Assembly: GCA_913050245.1 (NCBI GenBank)
Contig: CAJWZJ010000003.1
Span: forward strand, 27,329 to 91,328
DNA: 64,000 nucleotides
Reading direction: 5' to 3'
Source of the DNA: an uncultured bacterium
GTDB taxonomy: Bacteria > Desulfobacterota_D > UBA1144
Shown: positions 44,106 to 53,524 of the stretch, one piece after another
Numbering within the stretch: the stretch's first letter is position 1
Layout: every line of letters starts with the position of its first letter
Translations under genes and position numbers: made by a program
Notes under the pieces: generated by a model
What the model saw: only the letters and a program-made list of their open reading frames with translations
The model's database searches: none
Told to the model about the DNA's origin: nothing

Positions 44106-44975
44106 CTATAAATCCTTAACTATTTTGCTTGCTTTCGCTATGTTCCCGTATGTCATTACGTGGATTCCATCTAAATCATTTTTATATTCAGATATTAATT
44201 TTTTTAAATATTCTTCAGAACTCGAAGACATACGTTTGTTGTTCATTCTTTTAAGTTCTCTTATATGTTTTGAATTTACATTAATTCCACCAAGTTTTTT
44301 TATTATATTATTTAGTGCAAAAATATTTGATATTGGTAGAACACCACATAAAATTTTATAGTTTTTATTTTTTGAAATTTTAGCTACTAAATCAAAGTCA
44401 TATTCTGAATATACAGGCTGTGTTATGAAAATTCTTGATCCTTTTTTTAATCTTCTTTGTATAGTCTTTTTTAATTCATTTAATGATTTATTGAGATTAA
44501 GTGCTGAAAAAATTTCATAATTTTTATCAATAGTAATAGGATTGTTGTTATAGTCATGACCATTACTAAAATTTTTAATTATTTGAATTAATGAATCAGT
44601 ATTAACTTCATATACCTCTTGAGCCCTTTTAGAGTCTCCAACATTAATCTTATCTCCTTTTACAACTAGAAGTTTATTTATTCCCATAGAAATGACACCC
44701 AGAATTTCGCTTTGTAAAGCTAGTGAGTTTTTGTCTCGTGTTGAAAAATTTATAATAAGTTTTCTTTTATCAATTCCTTTTAGTATAAGCTTATGCGCTA
44801 AAGCTACAGGAGATATCCTAAGCTTTGCCAATGGAGAGCAGGTTATATCTAATAAATCAAAATTATGTTGATATTTTATTATTTTGCTAAGATAGTTATC
44901 TTTTATATTGTACTTAGGCGGTACAATTTCAAAAGATTTTTTGAATGTATTTTTGTATAAGTTAGAATTTATCAT
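44106..44975 (-). CDS. metF: methylenetetrahydrofolate reductase
   Basis: SFEIVPPK, ...FSTRDKN..., and LLVVKGD match the MTHFR pattern. 289 aa. Confidence 0.8.
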   Translation of the reverse strand: MINSNLYKNTFKKSFEIVPPKYNIKDNYLSKIIKYQHNFDLLDITCSPLAKLRISPVALAHKLILKGIDKRKLIINFSTRDKNSLALQSEILGVISMGINKLLVVKGDKINVGDSKRAQEVYEVNTDSLIQIIKNFSNGHDYNNNPITIDKNYEIFSALNLNKSLNELKKTIQRRLKKGSRIFITQPVYSEYDFDLVAKISKNKNYKILCGVLPISNIFALNNIIKKLGGINVNSKHIRELKRMNNKRMSSSSEEYLKKLISEYKNDLDGIHVMTYGNIAKASKIVKDL

Positions 44976-44978
44976 TCA

Positions 44979-45911
44979 ATGCGCTTTGTATTTATATTAA
45001 TTTTTCTCGTATTTCCATACTTAGACACATATGGTATCACGAAAGTCTATAATTTAATAGATAAAAAACTTGTTATTCATACCAATGAACCATTATCAAG
45101 TGATCAAAAAGCATCCATCAAGCGAAAATTGGATAAAATTACAGAGACACTTGATCCTTACGATTCTGACTCATTTGTTTCAAGATTTAATGACTTAGAA
45201 AAAAATTCCGATGTATCTGCGCCAGATATTTTTGTTGATGCCTACAAAGTTATGGGAGATTTTAATAAGATAACCAAAGGAAGATTTAATCCTACATCTT
45301 TCACTTTACTTTCAAAAAGTACTAAGCTTAAAAAGCTCAATTATTATCTTAAATCTGGAGTTCATGCTAGATGTACATCTATGAAAAATATCAAAATAAA
45401 AATCAACAATGTTTTTTCTAAATCACAAGAATGTACAAGAATTAGTTTTGATTCTATTATTGAGGGAATTACAGTAGATAATATTAGGAATTATTTGTTA
45501 GAACAAGGGGTAGGGGCTTTTGCAATAGTTTTTGGATCTGTTGTAACCAAATTTAATTATGAGCTTGAAAATTCTGAATTCATAAAAATTCCTGATTATT
45601 TATATAAAAAAATTGATTTTTCATTGATCAATTCTTATTCAATATATTTAATTGATGACAAGATTAGAACTTATAATATTAATATGAAGCAGAATGAGCT
45701 TGCTTTAAGAGACGATTTAGTAATAATTGTTGCTACTGATTCAAATTCAAACAATAATATTTTAGCGAATACATTAAATCTTATAGATATTGATAAATTA
45801 AGTAATACTTCAAAATTAACTCAAAAGTTTCCTTTATTTATATCATTTGAGGACGAAAACATGGTTAATTTTAAATATAGTGAAAAATTTGCAGATTTTC
45901 TTCTAAAATAA
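44979..45911 (+). CDS. secreted hypothetical protein, distantly ApbE-like
   Basis: N-terminal signal-like segment. LDPYDSDSFVSRFN, KGRFNPT and ISFDSIIEGITVD are colinear with the ApbE blocks (S-x-lN, GaFDpT, lDlgGiaKGyavD) but degenerate. Confidence 0.35.
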   Translation: MRFVFILIFLVFPYLDTYGITKVYNLIDKKLVIHTNEPLSSDQKASIKRKLDKITETLDPYDSDSFVSRFNDLEKNSDVSAPDIFVDAYKVMGDFNKITKGRFNPTSFTLLSKSTKLKKLNYYLKSGVHARCTSMKNIKIKINNVFSKSQECTRISFDSIIEGITVDNIRNYLLEQGVGAFAIVFGSVVTKFNYELENSEFIKIPDYLYKKIDFSLINSYSIYLIDDKIRTYNINMKQNELALRDDLVIIVATDSNSNNNILANTLNLIDIDKLSNTSKLTQKFPLFISFEDENMVNFKYSEKFADFLLK

Positions 45912-47276
45912 ATTGTTTTTACTAACTTTTTCTACATACCTATTTATATCAAATTTTCTTCTTAATCCATTTTCGTTCATATATCTAATTTTTCCAAAAA
46001 CTTTTCGCTCTTTCCAAGCTCGATCATGTAATCCAAAACACCATAAAATACCTACATAGCTATTGGGATTTCTACCGTCAAGTTGATATTTGTTATTTAG
46101 ATAAAGAGCTATTTTAATAGCTTCTTTATAATTAGATGTCCATTCTAGTATTTTTTTACCCCAATACATTCTCATATACCCATGTATATATCCAGAAGTT
46201 AAAAGTTGGTGTTGGGCTGAGTTCCAATATACATCATGAGTTTTGGCAAATTCAAAATCCTTTAAAGTATACAAATACTCCCTTTTATCATAATTATGTT
46301 CATTAAGAGTTTTTATCGCCCAATTTGGCAAGGATTCAGAATTATTATAGTTTTTATTATAGTATGTAAAATTATAAGCAAGCTCTCTTCTAATTAATAA
46401 CTGCTCTATGAATGGATGATCAATTTTCAAATTATTTTCAATTAATTTCGTAATAATTTTTGCAGAAGAAATATGACCATAGTGTAGATATCTGCTTATT
46501 GTTGAGTTTTTAATAAATTCTGGATTATTAGAATTTTCTTGATAATTATCTAAGCTATTATCTAAAAAGTCATCTATGACATTTTGTGCAGTAATGGGCC
46601 CTGAACGAATTAAATAGTTTTTATCTATTAAATTATCAATATTTAATTTATCTATCTCAGAACAAATTTGATTACGAGAATCAGTATTTTTTATAAATGA
46701 ATCAACTTTGCTTATATATTCCAATACGGAAAAATCTTGCCCGATAAGGGTATTATCTAAAATTTTATAATATTTCTTGCGTAAAGTAGCAGCTGAAAAT
46801 TCTTGCTTTTTTGATATTAAAGTTAAGGGTAAATAAAGATTATCGACTGAATAAATATTCATATCTAAGCCTATCAATTCTTTTTTTAAATGTGCTCTTG
46901 CCCTTTCAGTATAAGGCAAATCTATAAATAAATGATTACATCTATCCAATATTTCTTTCAGCAAATTATCCTTATAAGAAAAAAAATGAAAAGAATGGTT
47001 ATATTTTTTGAGCAAATCATTAACTTCTAATAAGCCATGAAGCATAAAACAATGATGTCTTTCTAATGTTTTATAGTGACCAGGATTATAAATGAAAAAA
47101 ATTTTTAAAGGTAATCTCTCTTTATGCGCAAATTTTAAGGCTCTCTCTAGAGTATAATTACAATCAACTCTCTGGGCATTTGTCATCCAATAGGCAATAA
47201 ATTCACCCTTTGAATTGGTAGACTTTCTTTCTATTCTTGTTCTGAATGATTCAATATCTATTAAATTTAACGACAT
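45903..47276 (-). CDS. phr: deoxyribodipyrimidine (CPD) photolyase, class II
   Basis: The C-terminal block GYIHGYMRMYWGKKILEW...YQLDGRNPNSYVGILWCFGLHDRAW..FGKIRYMN is the class II signature. 457 aa. Confidence 0.88.
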   Translation of the reverse strand: MSLNLIDIESFRTRIERKSTNSKGEFIAYWMTNAQRVDCNYTLERALKFAHKERLPLKIFFIYNPGHYKTLERHHCFMLHGLLEVNDLLKKYNHSFHFFSYKDNLLKEILDRCNHLFIDLPYTERARAHLKKELIGLDMNIYSVDNLYLPLTLISKKQEFSAATLRKKYYKILDNTLIGQDFSVLEYISKVDSFIKNTDSRNQICSEIDKLNIDNLIDKNYLIRSGPITAQNVIDDFLDNSLDNYQENSNNPEFIKNSTISRYLHYGHISSAKIITKLIENNLKIDHPFIEQLLIRRELAYNFTYYNKNYNNSESLPNWAIKTLNEHNYDKREYLYTLKDFEFAKTHDVYWNSAQHQLLTSGYIHGYMRMYWGKKILEWTSNYKEAIKIALYLNNKYQLDGRNPNSYVGILWCFGLHDRAWKERKVFGKIRYMNENGLRRKFDINRYVEKVSKNNLF

Positions 47277-47638
47277 TATTTTCTTACCTTTCTAAGCCAG
47301 AAAATAACTGATATGCATAGAAATAGTAAGGGTGTGGTATATAGAATTAAGCTAAAACCACTTATAGGAGGTTTGGCTAAAATAGTATCACCATATATAT
47401 TTACAAAATAATTTAAAATTTCTTCTTTATTTTTACCTTCATCAAGCTGCTTTTTTACAACTTCTCTCATAGATATAGCCAGACCAGAATTAGATTCAGC
47501 TACTGTTTGACCTTGACATACAGGACACATTAATTCATTAGAAATTTCATAAGCACTATGCTCTTGAGCAATCAATAAAGATCCAGATAGAAGAAAAAAA
47601 AAGAGAAAAATTCTAATCAAACTATTCAGAAAAATCAT
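47276..47638 (-). CDS. ccmH: CcmH/CycL/NrfF-family cytochrome c maturation thiol protein
   Basis: Signal peptide, LMCPVCQGQTVAESNSGLA motif, ..YGDTILAKPP, and a C-terminal TM anchor. Confidence 0.8.
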   Translation of the reverse strand: MIFLNSLIRIFLFFFLLSGSLLIAQEHSAYEISNELMCPVCQGQTVAESNSGLAISMREVVKKQLDEGKNKEEILNYFVNIYGDTILAKPPISGFSLILYTTPLLFLCISVIFWLRKVRK

Positions 47639-48131
47639 TTGTTTTTGCTAAACCTTCATTTAATAAATTAAGATCAATTTTACCAATAAATTTATAAATT
47701 ATTTTATTATCTTTCATAAAAAAGGTCTCTGGCACTCCAGATACACCAAATTCAATAGGAATTGTTTTAGTTTCATCATAATAGTTATTAAATTTTGCGG
47801 AGTAAATATTTATAAACTCTTTAGCGTCATCAAGATTGTCGAATATATTAATTGCTATTATTTTATCAAAATTTTCTTTATCCAAATAAGCAAAATCATT
47901 TAAATGGTTAACTTCATCAATGCAGGGATTACACCAAGAAGCCCAAAAATTAATTATTTTTATTCCTTTTAATTTTGAAATATCTATATTATCTTGATTA
48001 TCTAAAAAAGATTTTATAATAAAATTATTTTTTATTTCTTTGTTAATTAATATGAAATTATTATTAACTAATTTAGAATCTGTACATGAGAATAGAAGAA
48101 AAAAGGTCAGCAAGATACTAGTTTTTTTCAT
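47622..48131 (-). CDS. TlpA/DsbE(CcmG)-like periplasmic thioredoxin lipoprotein
   Basis: Lipobox LLFSC and active site WASWCNPC. The ATG at 48131 lies inside the end of the upstream PCYCGC gene. Confidence 0.8.
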   Translation of the reverse strand: MKKTSILLTFFLLFSCTDSKLVNNNFILINKEIKNNFIIKSFLDNQDNIDISKLKGIKIINFWASWCNPCIDEVNHLNDFAYLDKENFDKIIAINIFDNLDDAKEFINIYSAKFNNYYDETKTIPIEFGVSGVPETFFMKDNKIIYKFIGKIDLNLLNEGLAKTNDFSE

Positions 48132-48552
48132 TACAGCAGCTCTTTTGATTTTGTAATTTTGTATTGGTAGTAGGATAATCCTTATATGCATTATCAAGAA
48201 TCTGTCTTATTTCAGACAATTCAAAACCATCATTAGTTAAATATTTAACAGTCAATGCAACATCGATACAAATTGGACATGAAACACTATGGTTTGTTAA
48301 TGTTATTGTATTAGCTTTATTAACATCTATAAAACAAGAATTATTACTTGTATGACCAATTTTCTCGCATCCACAATAACATGAAAAATTTTCTAGTATA
48401 TCAGGATTTTTAACAGCATAGAGATATGCTTCTTTAACATCACCCTTAAGACTATTTATAAAAGAGGAGGACTCATCTGTTAATTTTGATGAATATGAAT
48501 TAATATGAACGAAAAAAAACAAAAGTAAGAAAAAAATTTTTTTTCTATTCAT
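48118..48552 (-). CDS. PCYCGC-motif Cys-rich secreted protein (function unknown)
   Basis: Signal peptide MNRKKIFFLLLFFFV, then SCYCGCEKIGH..SC, SCPIC, and a C-terminal SCC. The ATG at 48552 overlaps the malic-enzyme stop (gATGAATAG). Confidence 0.65.
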   Translation of the reverse strand: MNRKKIFFLLLFFFVHINSYSSKLTDESSSFINSLKGDVKEAYLYAVKNPDILENFSCYCGCEKIGHTSNNSCFIDVNKANTITLTNHSVSCPICIDVALTVKYLTNDGFELSEIRQILDNAYKDYPTTNTKLQNQKSCCNEKN

Positions 48553-49861
48553 CAAAATTTTGAGGTCCAACTCCTGCCATTTTTTCTAATCTAGATTTAT
48601 ACTCATCTAAATCGATTTTAAGTCTAGCAACACCCGTTTCAATAGCAGCTTTAGCAACAGCATATGATTCCCATACTAAAACTCTGGGATCAAAAGGCGA
48701 AGGAACTATATAATCTTTACCAAAAACAAGTTCTTTTCTATTATGCCTCTTGGCAATATCTTCAGAAGCACCCAATTTTGCTAGTTTAGCTAATGATAAG
48801 GAGGCTGCGACTTTCATTTCTTCATTTATCTCAGTTGCTGCTACATCTAATGCACCTCTAAATATAAAAGGGAAACCTAGAACATTATTAACCTGATTAG
48901 GATAATCAGTTCTACCAGTAGCCATAATTATATCTTGTCTTGCATCAAAGGCGTCTTTAGGAGAAATTTCTGGATCGGGATTTGCCATGGCAAATATTAT
49001 TGGATTATCATTCATATCTAGTACCATTTCTTTTGATACAACGTTTCCTATAGACAAACCAATGAAAACATCTGAACCCTTAAAAGTATCTTCAAGAGTT
49101 CTACATTCTGTTTCAACAGCAAACTCCTCTTTCTGCTTATTAAGATTTTCACGACCTTTATATATGACTCCACGACTATCACACATCAAAATATTATTAG
49201 GATTAGCACCAAGAGTTATAAAAAGCCTGGCACACGATATCGCTGAAGCTCCAGCTCCATTAATATTAATTTTAATATCCGCCATTTTTTTTCCAATTAA
49301 TTCACAAGCATTTACCAAACCTGCTGCCGATATAATTGCTGTACCATGTTGATCATCATGAAAAACTGGTATATTCATTTTTTCTTTGAGTTCATCTTCT
49401 ATTCTAAAACATTCAGGAGCCTTAATATCTTCTAGGTTTATTCCACCAAATGTTGGTTCTAGTAACTCAACAGTTCTAATTATTTCATCAACATCTGTTG
49501 TTTTAATCTCAATATCAAATGCGTCTACTTGGGCGAACCTTTTGAATAAGACGGCCTTACCTTCCATAACTGGCTTACTTGCTTCAGGACCAAGATCACC
49601 AAGACCTAAGACGGCTGTCCCATTTGAAACAACAGCAACAAGATTTCCTTTGTTTGTATATTTGTAAACATTTTGAACATCTTCATGAATTTCTTTACAG
49701 GGTTCTGCAACCCATGGTGAATAAGCTAGCGATAACTCGTCTTGAGTTTCAGCTGCTTTAGTTACTTTGATTTCAATCTTACCACTTGGGTTTTGAGAAT
49801 GATAATCCAAGGCTTCTTGTCTTCTATTAACTACATCTTTGTTTGTTGAATCTTCGCTCAT
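48545..49861 (-). CDS. NAD(P)-dependent malic enzyme (short form, no PTA domain)
   Basis: YSPWVAEPC, VAVVSNGTAVLGLGDLGP, FHDDQHGTA, NGAGASA. 438 aa, AGGAG SD. Confidence 0.9.
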   Translation of the reverse strand: MSEDSTNKDVVNRRQEALDYHSQNPSGKIEIKVTKAAETQDELSLAYSPWVAEPCKEIHEDVQNVYKYTNKGNLVAVVSNGTAVLGLGDLGPEASKPVMEGKAVLFKRFAQVDAFDIEIKTTDVDEIIRTVELLEPTFGGINLEDIKAPECFRIEDELKEKMNIPVFHDDQHGTAIISAAGLVNACELIGKKMADIKININGAGASAISCARLFITLGANPNNILMCDSRGVIYKGRENLNKQKEEFAVETECRTLEDTFKGSDVFIGLSIGNVVSKEMVLDMNDNPIIFAMANPDPEISPKDAFDARQDIIMATGRTDYPNQVNNVLGFPFIFRGALDVAATEINEEMKVAASLSLAKLAKLGASEDIAKRHNRKELVFGKDYIVPSPFDPRVLVWESYAVAKAAIETGVARLKIDLDEYKSRLEKMAGVGPQNFDE

Positions 49862-49925
49862 TGTATACTCCTAATTCAAATTGAATAATAGATTTTACAT
49901 TAAATAATACATTTTTAGAACAATA

Positions 49926-50642
49926 TTAATTAAAAAAATTATTTATGTAATTTATAAATTTTTGAAAATATAAGTTTAGAATATATATTTTATTATTAAA
50001 TACTATTATTCCAAATATTATTAGCAAAATACCCATAAAATTACTAAAAAAATAGTAAATTTTTGAACTATAATTAATTTTACTAATTAGTTTTTTATAC
50101 CCCAAGGAGCCTATTAAAAAAGGAATACCTAATCCGATTGAATAAAAACCTAACATGATTAAAGAATAATTAATATCTTTTCCAGCAGCAGAATATGCGA
50201 GGATAGAACCCAAAACTGGCCCGATACAAGGAGTCCATGCAAAGCCAAAACACAAACCCAAAAATAAAGGGCTCAATGTTTTATTCTTAAAATTAAGGTT
50301 AATCATATAAGTTTTATTAAGAAAAAAGTTTTTAAATGACCCAATATTTATTAAACCAAAAAGAATAATAAGTACTCCAGAAACTTTAATTAATATTTTT
50401 TTGTTAACATTAAGAAAAATTCCAACAGAAGTCGATGTTAAAGCTAATAATAAAAATATTAAAGAAAAAGATATTATGAATATCAATGTTCTAAAAATTA
50501 TAATTTTATTAGGCTTGTTAGAAATATCATTACTTAAGCCCAAAGTTGTTAAGTAGATTGGGAATAAAGGAAAGATGCAAGGAGAAAAAAATGAAATCAA
50601 ACCCGCAATAAAAGATATATAAATTGATGTAAGATCAAACAT
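49926..50642 (-). CDS. ccdA: cytochrome c biogenesis / thiol-reductant transporter CcdA (DsbD-beta family)
   Basis: Six TM segments with FSPCIFPLFPIY and WTPCIGPVLGSIL motifs. Confidence 0.88.
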   Translation of the reverse strand: MFDLTSIYISFIAGLISFFSPCIFPLFPIYLTTLGLSNDISNKPNKIIIFRTLIFIISFSLIFLLLALTSTSVGIFLNVNKKILIKVSGVLIILFGLINIGSFKNFFLNKTYMINLNFKNKTLSPLFLGLCFGFAWTPCIGPVLGSILAYSAAGKDINYSLIMLGFYSIGLGIPFLIGSLGYKKLISKINYSSKIYYFFSNFMGILLIIFGIIVFNNKIYILNLYFQKFINYINNFFN

Positions 50643-51119
50643 TTATTTTATAGCCCTGATAATTCTAGTATAGTCATCCGGGGTTAATTCACCATTTATT
50701 CTAAAAATAATATTATTACTTTTATCCATGAGAAATGTTACAGGGATACTATTTATAGATATAAAGTAATCTAGGCTTATCAAATTTTCATCAAAATAGT
50801 TTTCATAATTAACCTTTTGTGTGTTTAAAAAATTATTTGCATCAGAAAATGTATCCATAATTGATATACCAACGATTTTTAAATTTTTTACATTTTTATT
50901 AAGTGAATTCAATAACTCAACTTCTTTTTTGCATGGCTCGCACCAAGAAGCCCAAAAATTTATAATATAAAATTCACTAAGATCTTTATTAAAATTCGAT
51001 TCTTTCAATTTAGTAATATTGAGATCTTCAATATTAAACTGTTTAAAATTTTTATCATTTTCTGCACACCCTGTGAAGAAAAAAAGAACTAATAATATAA
51101 TTTTTATTTTTTTTAGCAT
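50643..51119 (-). CDS. TlpA/ResA-like periplasmic thioredoxin lipoprotein
   Basis: Lipobox FFTGC and active site WASWCEPC. Lies directly upstream of and abutting ccdA. I chose the ATG at 51119 over the TTG at 51128. Confidence 0.82.
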   Translation of the reverse strand: MLKKIKIILLVLFFFTGCAENDKNFKQFNIEDLNITKLKESNFNKDLSEFYIINFWASWCEPCKKEVELLNSLNKNVKNLKIVGISIMDTFSDANNFLNTQKVNYENYFDENLISLDYFISINSIPVTFLMDKSNNIIFRINGELTPDDYTRIIRAIK

Positions 51120-51149
51120 TTTTATCAATAATTTTAGTTATAATTCATT

Positions 51150-52616
51150 ATGGCTTTATATATAACTAATAATAATAATATATCTAATTTTGATAGCAGA
51201 TTTCATGTTTTATTAAAATCTGAAATTAAAAAAACTGTAAATACCTATGGAACTATTAAGAAATTATTATCTGACTTAATTGAAAGAGATAAATTTGAAG
51301 GTAATTTTCAAGAATCTTTAGCTTTTAATACCTCAAACGATTATTTAAGTTTAATTGGTATTGGAGATAAAAAGGATTTGAGTCCAGAAAAGATTTTCAA
51401 AATAGGTTCTTTTATTACATATTCAATAGTAAATTCTAAAAAAAATATTAAATCTTTAGAAATAGTTTTACCAACTTTTTTTAAAGCTAAAGAATTAGAA
51501 AAATTTTTAATGGGTCTATTTTATGGGCATTATTACTTTGATAAATATAAAACAAAAAAATCTAATTTGACCGATATAAACGTTTCAATAGTTTTAAAAT
51601 CTATTAATAGAACTAATTTTAAGAAAATTTTAACAAAAAGTCAGAATGTTATAAACGGGGTCAATTTTACAAGACTTCTAGTTAATGAACAACCAGAGAT
51701 TTTAACACCTATTAAATTGGCAAGTTATGCAAAAAATTTATCAAAAAGAAAAAATACCACGTGTGATATATTTGATGAAAAAGAAATAAAAAAAAGAGGT
51801 ATGAGTGGTATTTGGAATGTTGGTAAAGGTAGTTCTAACATGCCAAGATTTATTCATTTAGTTTATAAATCCAGGTCTAAAGGAAAAAAGCTTAAAAAAA
51901 TTGCATTAATAGGTAAAGGTATGACCTATGATAGCGGAGGCTTATCTTTAAAGCCTGCAGATTTCATGTTAACCATGAAAATGGATATGGCTGGTGCAGG
52001 ATGTGTTATGGGGGTTTTTGAAGCTTTATCATTAATTCAACCTAAAAATATTGAAGTTCATGGATTAATACCTGCAGCTGAAAATATGCCAGGACCCGAT
52101 GCTTATAGGCCAGATGATGTTGTTGTTGGCCTAAGTGGAAAATCAATTGAGGTAATTAATACGGATGCAGAGGGGAGGGTAATACTTTCTGATGCAATTG
52201 AATATGCAAATAGACTCAAAGTAGATGAGATGATAGATTTGGCAACATTGACCGGTGCATGCATGGTTGCACTTGGATCTTATACTGCTGGAATTTTTTC
52301 TAATTCTAAAAAGCAAGTAGATAAAATTATTCAGTCTTCCATATCCGCTGGTGAAAAGATATGGGAGCTACCTCTTGATGAAGAACTAAGACCATCAATA
52401 GATAGTATAATTGCAGATATAAGAAATTCCGCAACCACACGTTATGGAGGTGCAATAACAGCTGCTATGTTTTTACAACATTTCGTGGATAAATCTATAC
52501 CTTGGTCTCATATTGATATTGCTGGGCCTGCTTATACTGAGTCCAAAAGAAATTGGGTTGCTCCTGGTGCTACAGGTTTCGGTGTAATGACTTTGATTGA
52601 TTATTTAAAAGTTTAG
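51150..52616 (+). CDS. pepA: leucyl aminopeptidase (M17)
   Basis: NTDAEGRVILSDA signature and GKGMTYDSGG. 488 aa. Confidence 0.92.
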   Translation: MALYITNNNNISNFDSRFHVLLKSEIKKTVNTYGTIKKLLSDLIERDKFEGNFQESLAFNTSNDYLSLIGIGDKKDLSPEKIFKIGSFITYSIVNSKKNIKSLEIVLPTFFKAKELEKFLMGLFYGHYYFDKYKTKKSNLTDINVSIVLKSINRTNFKKILTKSQNVINGVNFTRLLVNEQPEILTPIKLASYAKNLSKRKNTTCDIFDEKEIKKRGMSGIWNVGKGSSNMPRFIHLVYKSRSKGKKLKKIALIGKGMTYDSGGLSLKPADFMLTMKMDMAGAGCVMGVFEALSLIQPKNIEVHGLIPAAENMPGPDAYRPDDVVVGLSGKSIEVINTDAEGRVILSDAIEYANRLKVDEMIDLATLTGACMVALGSYTAGIFSNSKKQVDKIIQSSISAGEKIWELPLDEELRPSIDSIIADIRNSATTRYGGAITAAMFLQHFVDKSIPWSHIDIAGPAYTESKRNWVAPGATGFGVMTLIDYLKV

Positions 52617-53524
52617 ATTTTCTTTAAATATTTACTTTTAGGTTCACTTATACCTTTTACTAATTCTTTATAACTTTTTTGAATTAGTTTTGTTATCTTT
52701 CCTGGTAGACCATTACCAATCTTTCTATCATCAATTTCACGAACAGGAGTAATTTCCGCAGCAGTACCAGTTAAAAAAACTTCATCAGCTATATAGAGTT
52801 CATCTCTGGTAAATTTTTGCTCTACTACATGAATATTGTTTTGTTTGGCAATATTAATGACACAATCTCTAGTTAGCCCCTCTAATACCGTCGTTATAGG
52901 AGTTGTTTTAATTTTATTATTTCTAACTATAAATATATTTTCACCTGTTCCCTCCGATACATAGCCATCTGAATCCAGCATTAGTGCCTCATCATATCCA
53001 GCATTTAAGGCTTCTCTTTTAGCAAAAACAGAATTGATATAATTTCCTGAAATTTTAGACTTAGTCATAAATGAATTAACACCCATTCTTGCGAATGAAG
53101 ATATTTTAGCTCTTATACCTTTTTGTACACCTTCGTCGCCTAGGTAAGTACCCCATTTGAAAGCGGCTATAATAACGTTGATTTTATTATTTGCCGGATT
53201 AATTCCAATTGATCCGTCACCAATAAATGCGAGAGGTCTTATATAACAGTCCTTGAGTTTATTTTTCTTTATCAAACTTATGGTGGCATTCTCTAAAGTT
53301 TTCTGTGAGTATGGAATTTTTATTAAGGCCACCTTAGCAGAATTGAAAAAACGTAAGTAATGATCCTCAAGTCTAAATATGTAGGTATCTTTTTTATTAG
53401 AATAAGCTCTTATTCCTTCAAAAATTCCAGAACCATAATGCAACCCATGACTTAAGACATGCGTAGTTGCCTTATCCCATAAAACAAATTTACCGTTGTA
53501 CCATATATATTTTGACTTTTTCAT
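52613..53524 (-). CDS. ilvE: branched-chain amino acid aminotransferase
   Basis: HYGSGIFEGIRAY, class IV aminotransferase, 303 aa. Confidence 0.92.
   Translation of the reverse strand: MKKSKYIWYNGKFVLWDKATTHVLSHGLHYGSGIFEGIRAYSNKKDTYIFRLEDHYLRFFNSAKVALIKIPYSQKTLENATISLIKKNKLKDCYIRPLAFIGDGSIGINPANNKINVIIAAFKWGTYLGDEGVQKGIRAKISSFARMGVNSFMTKSKISGNYINSVFAKREALNAGYDEALMLDSDGYVSEGTGENIFIVRNNKIKTTPITTVLEGLTRDCVINIAKQNNIHVVEQKFTRDELYIADEVFLTGTAAEITPVREIDDRKIGNGLPGKITKLIQKSYKELVKGISEPKSKYLKKI

Noticed and set aside
44092-44361. An 89-aa plus-strand ORF bridging the ubiE start and the metF 3' end.
   Set aside because: It overlaps two well-supported minus-strand genes and has hydrophobic junk composition.
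48987-49667. Two plus-strand ORFs (121 aa and 93 aa) antisense to the malic enzyme gene.
   Set aside because: Same reasoning as above: they are embedded in a conserved CDS, have Ser/Pro/Ile-rich nonsense-like sequence, and have no ribosome-binding site.
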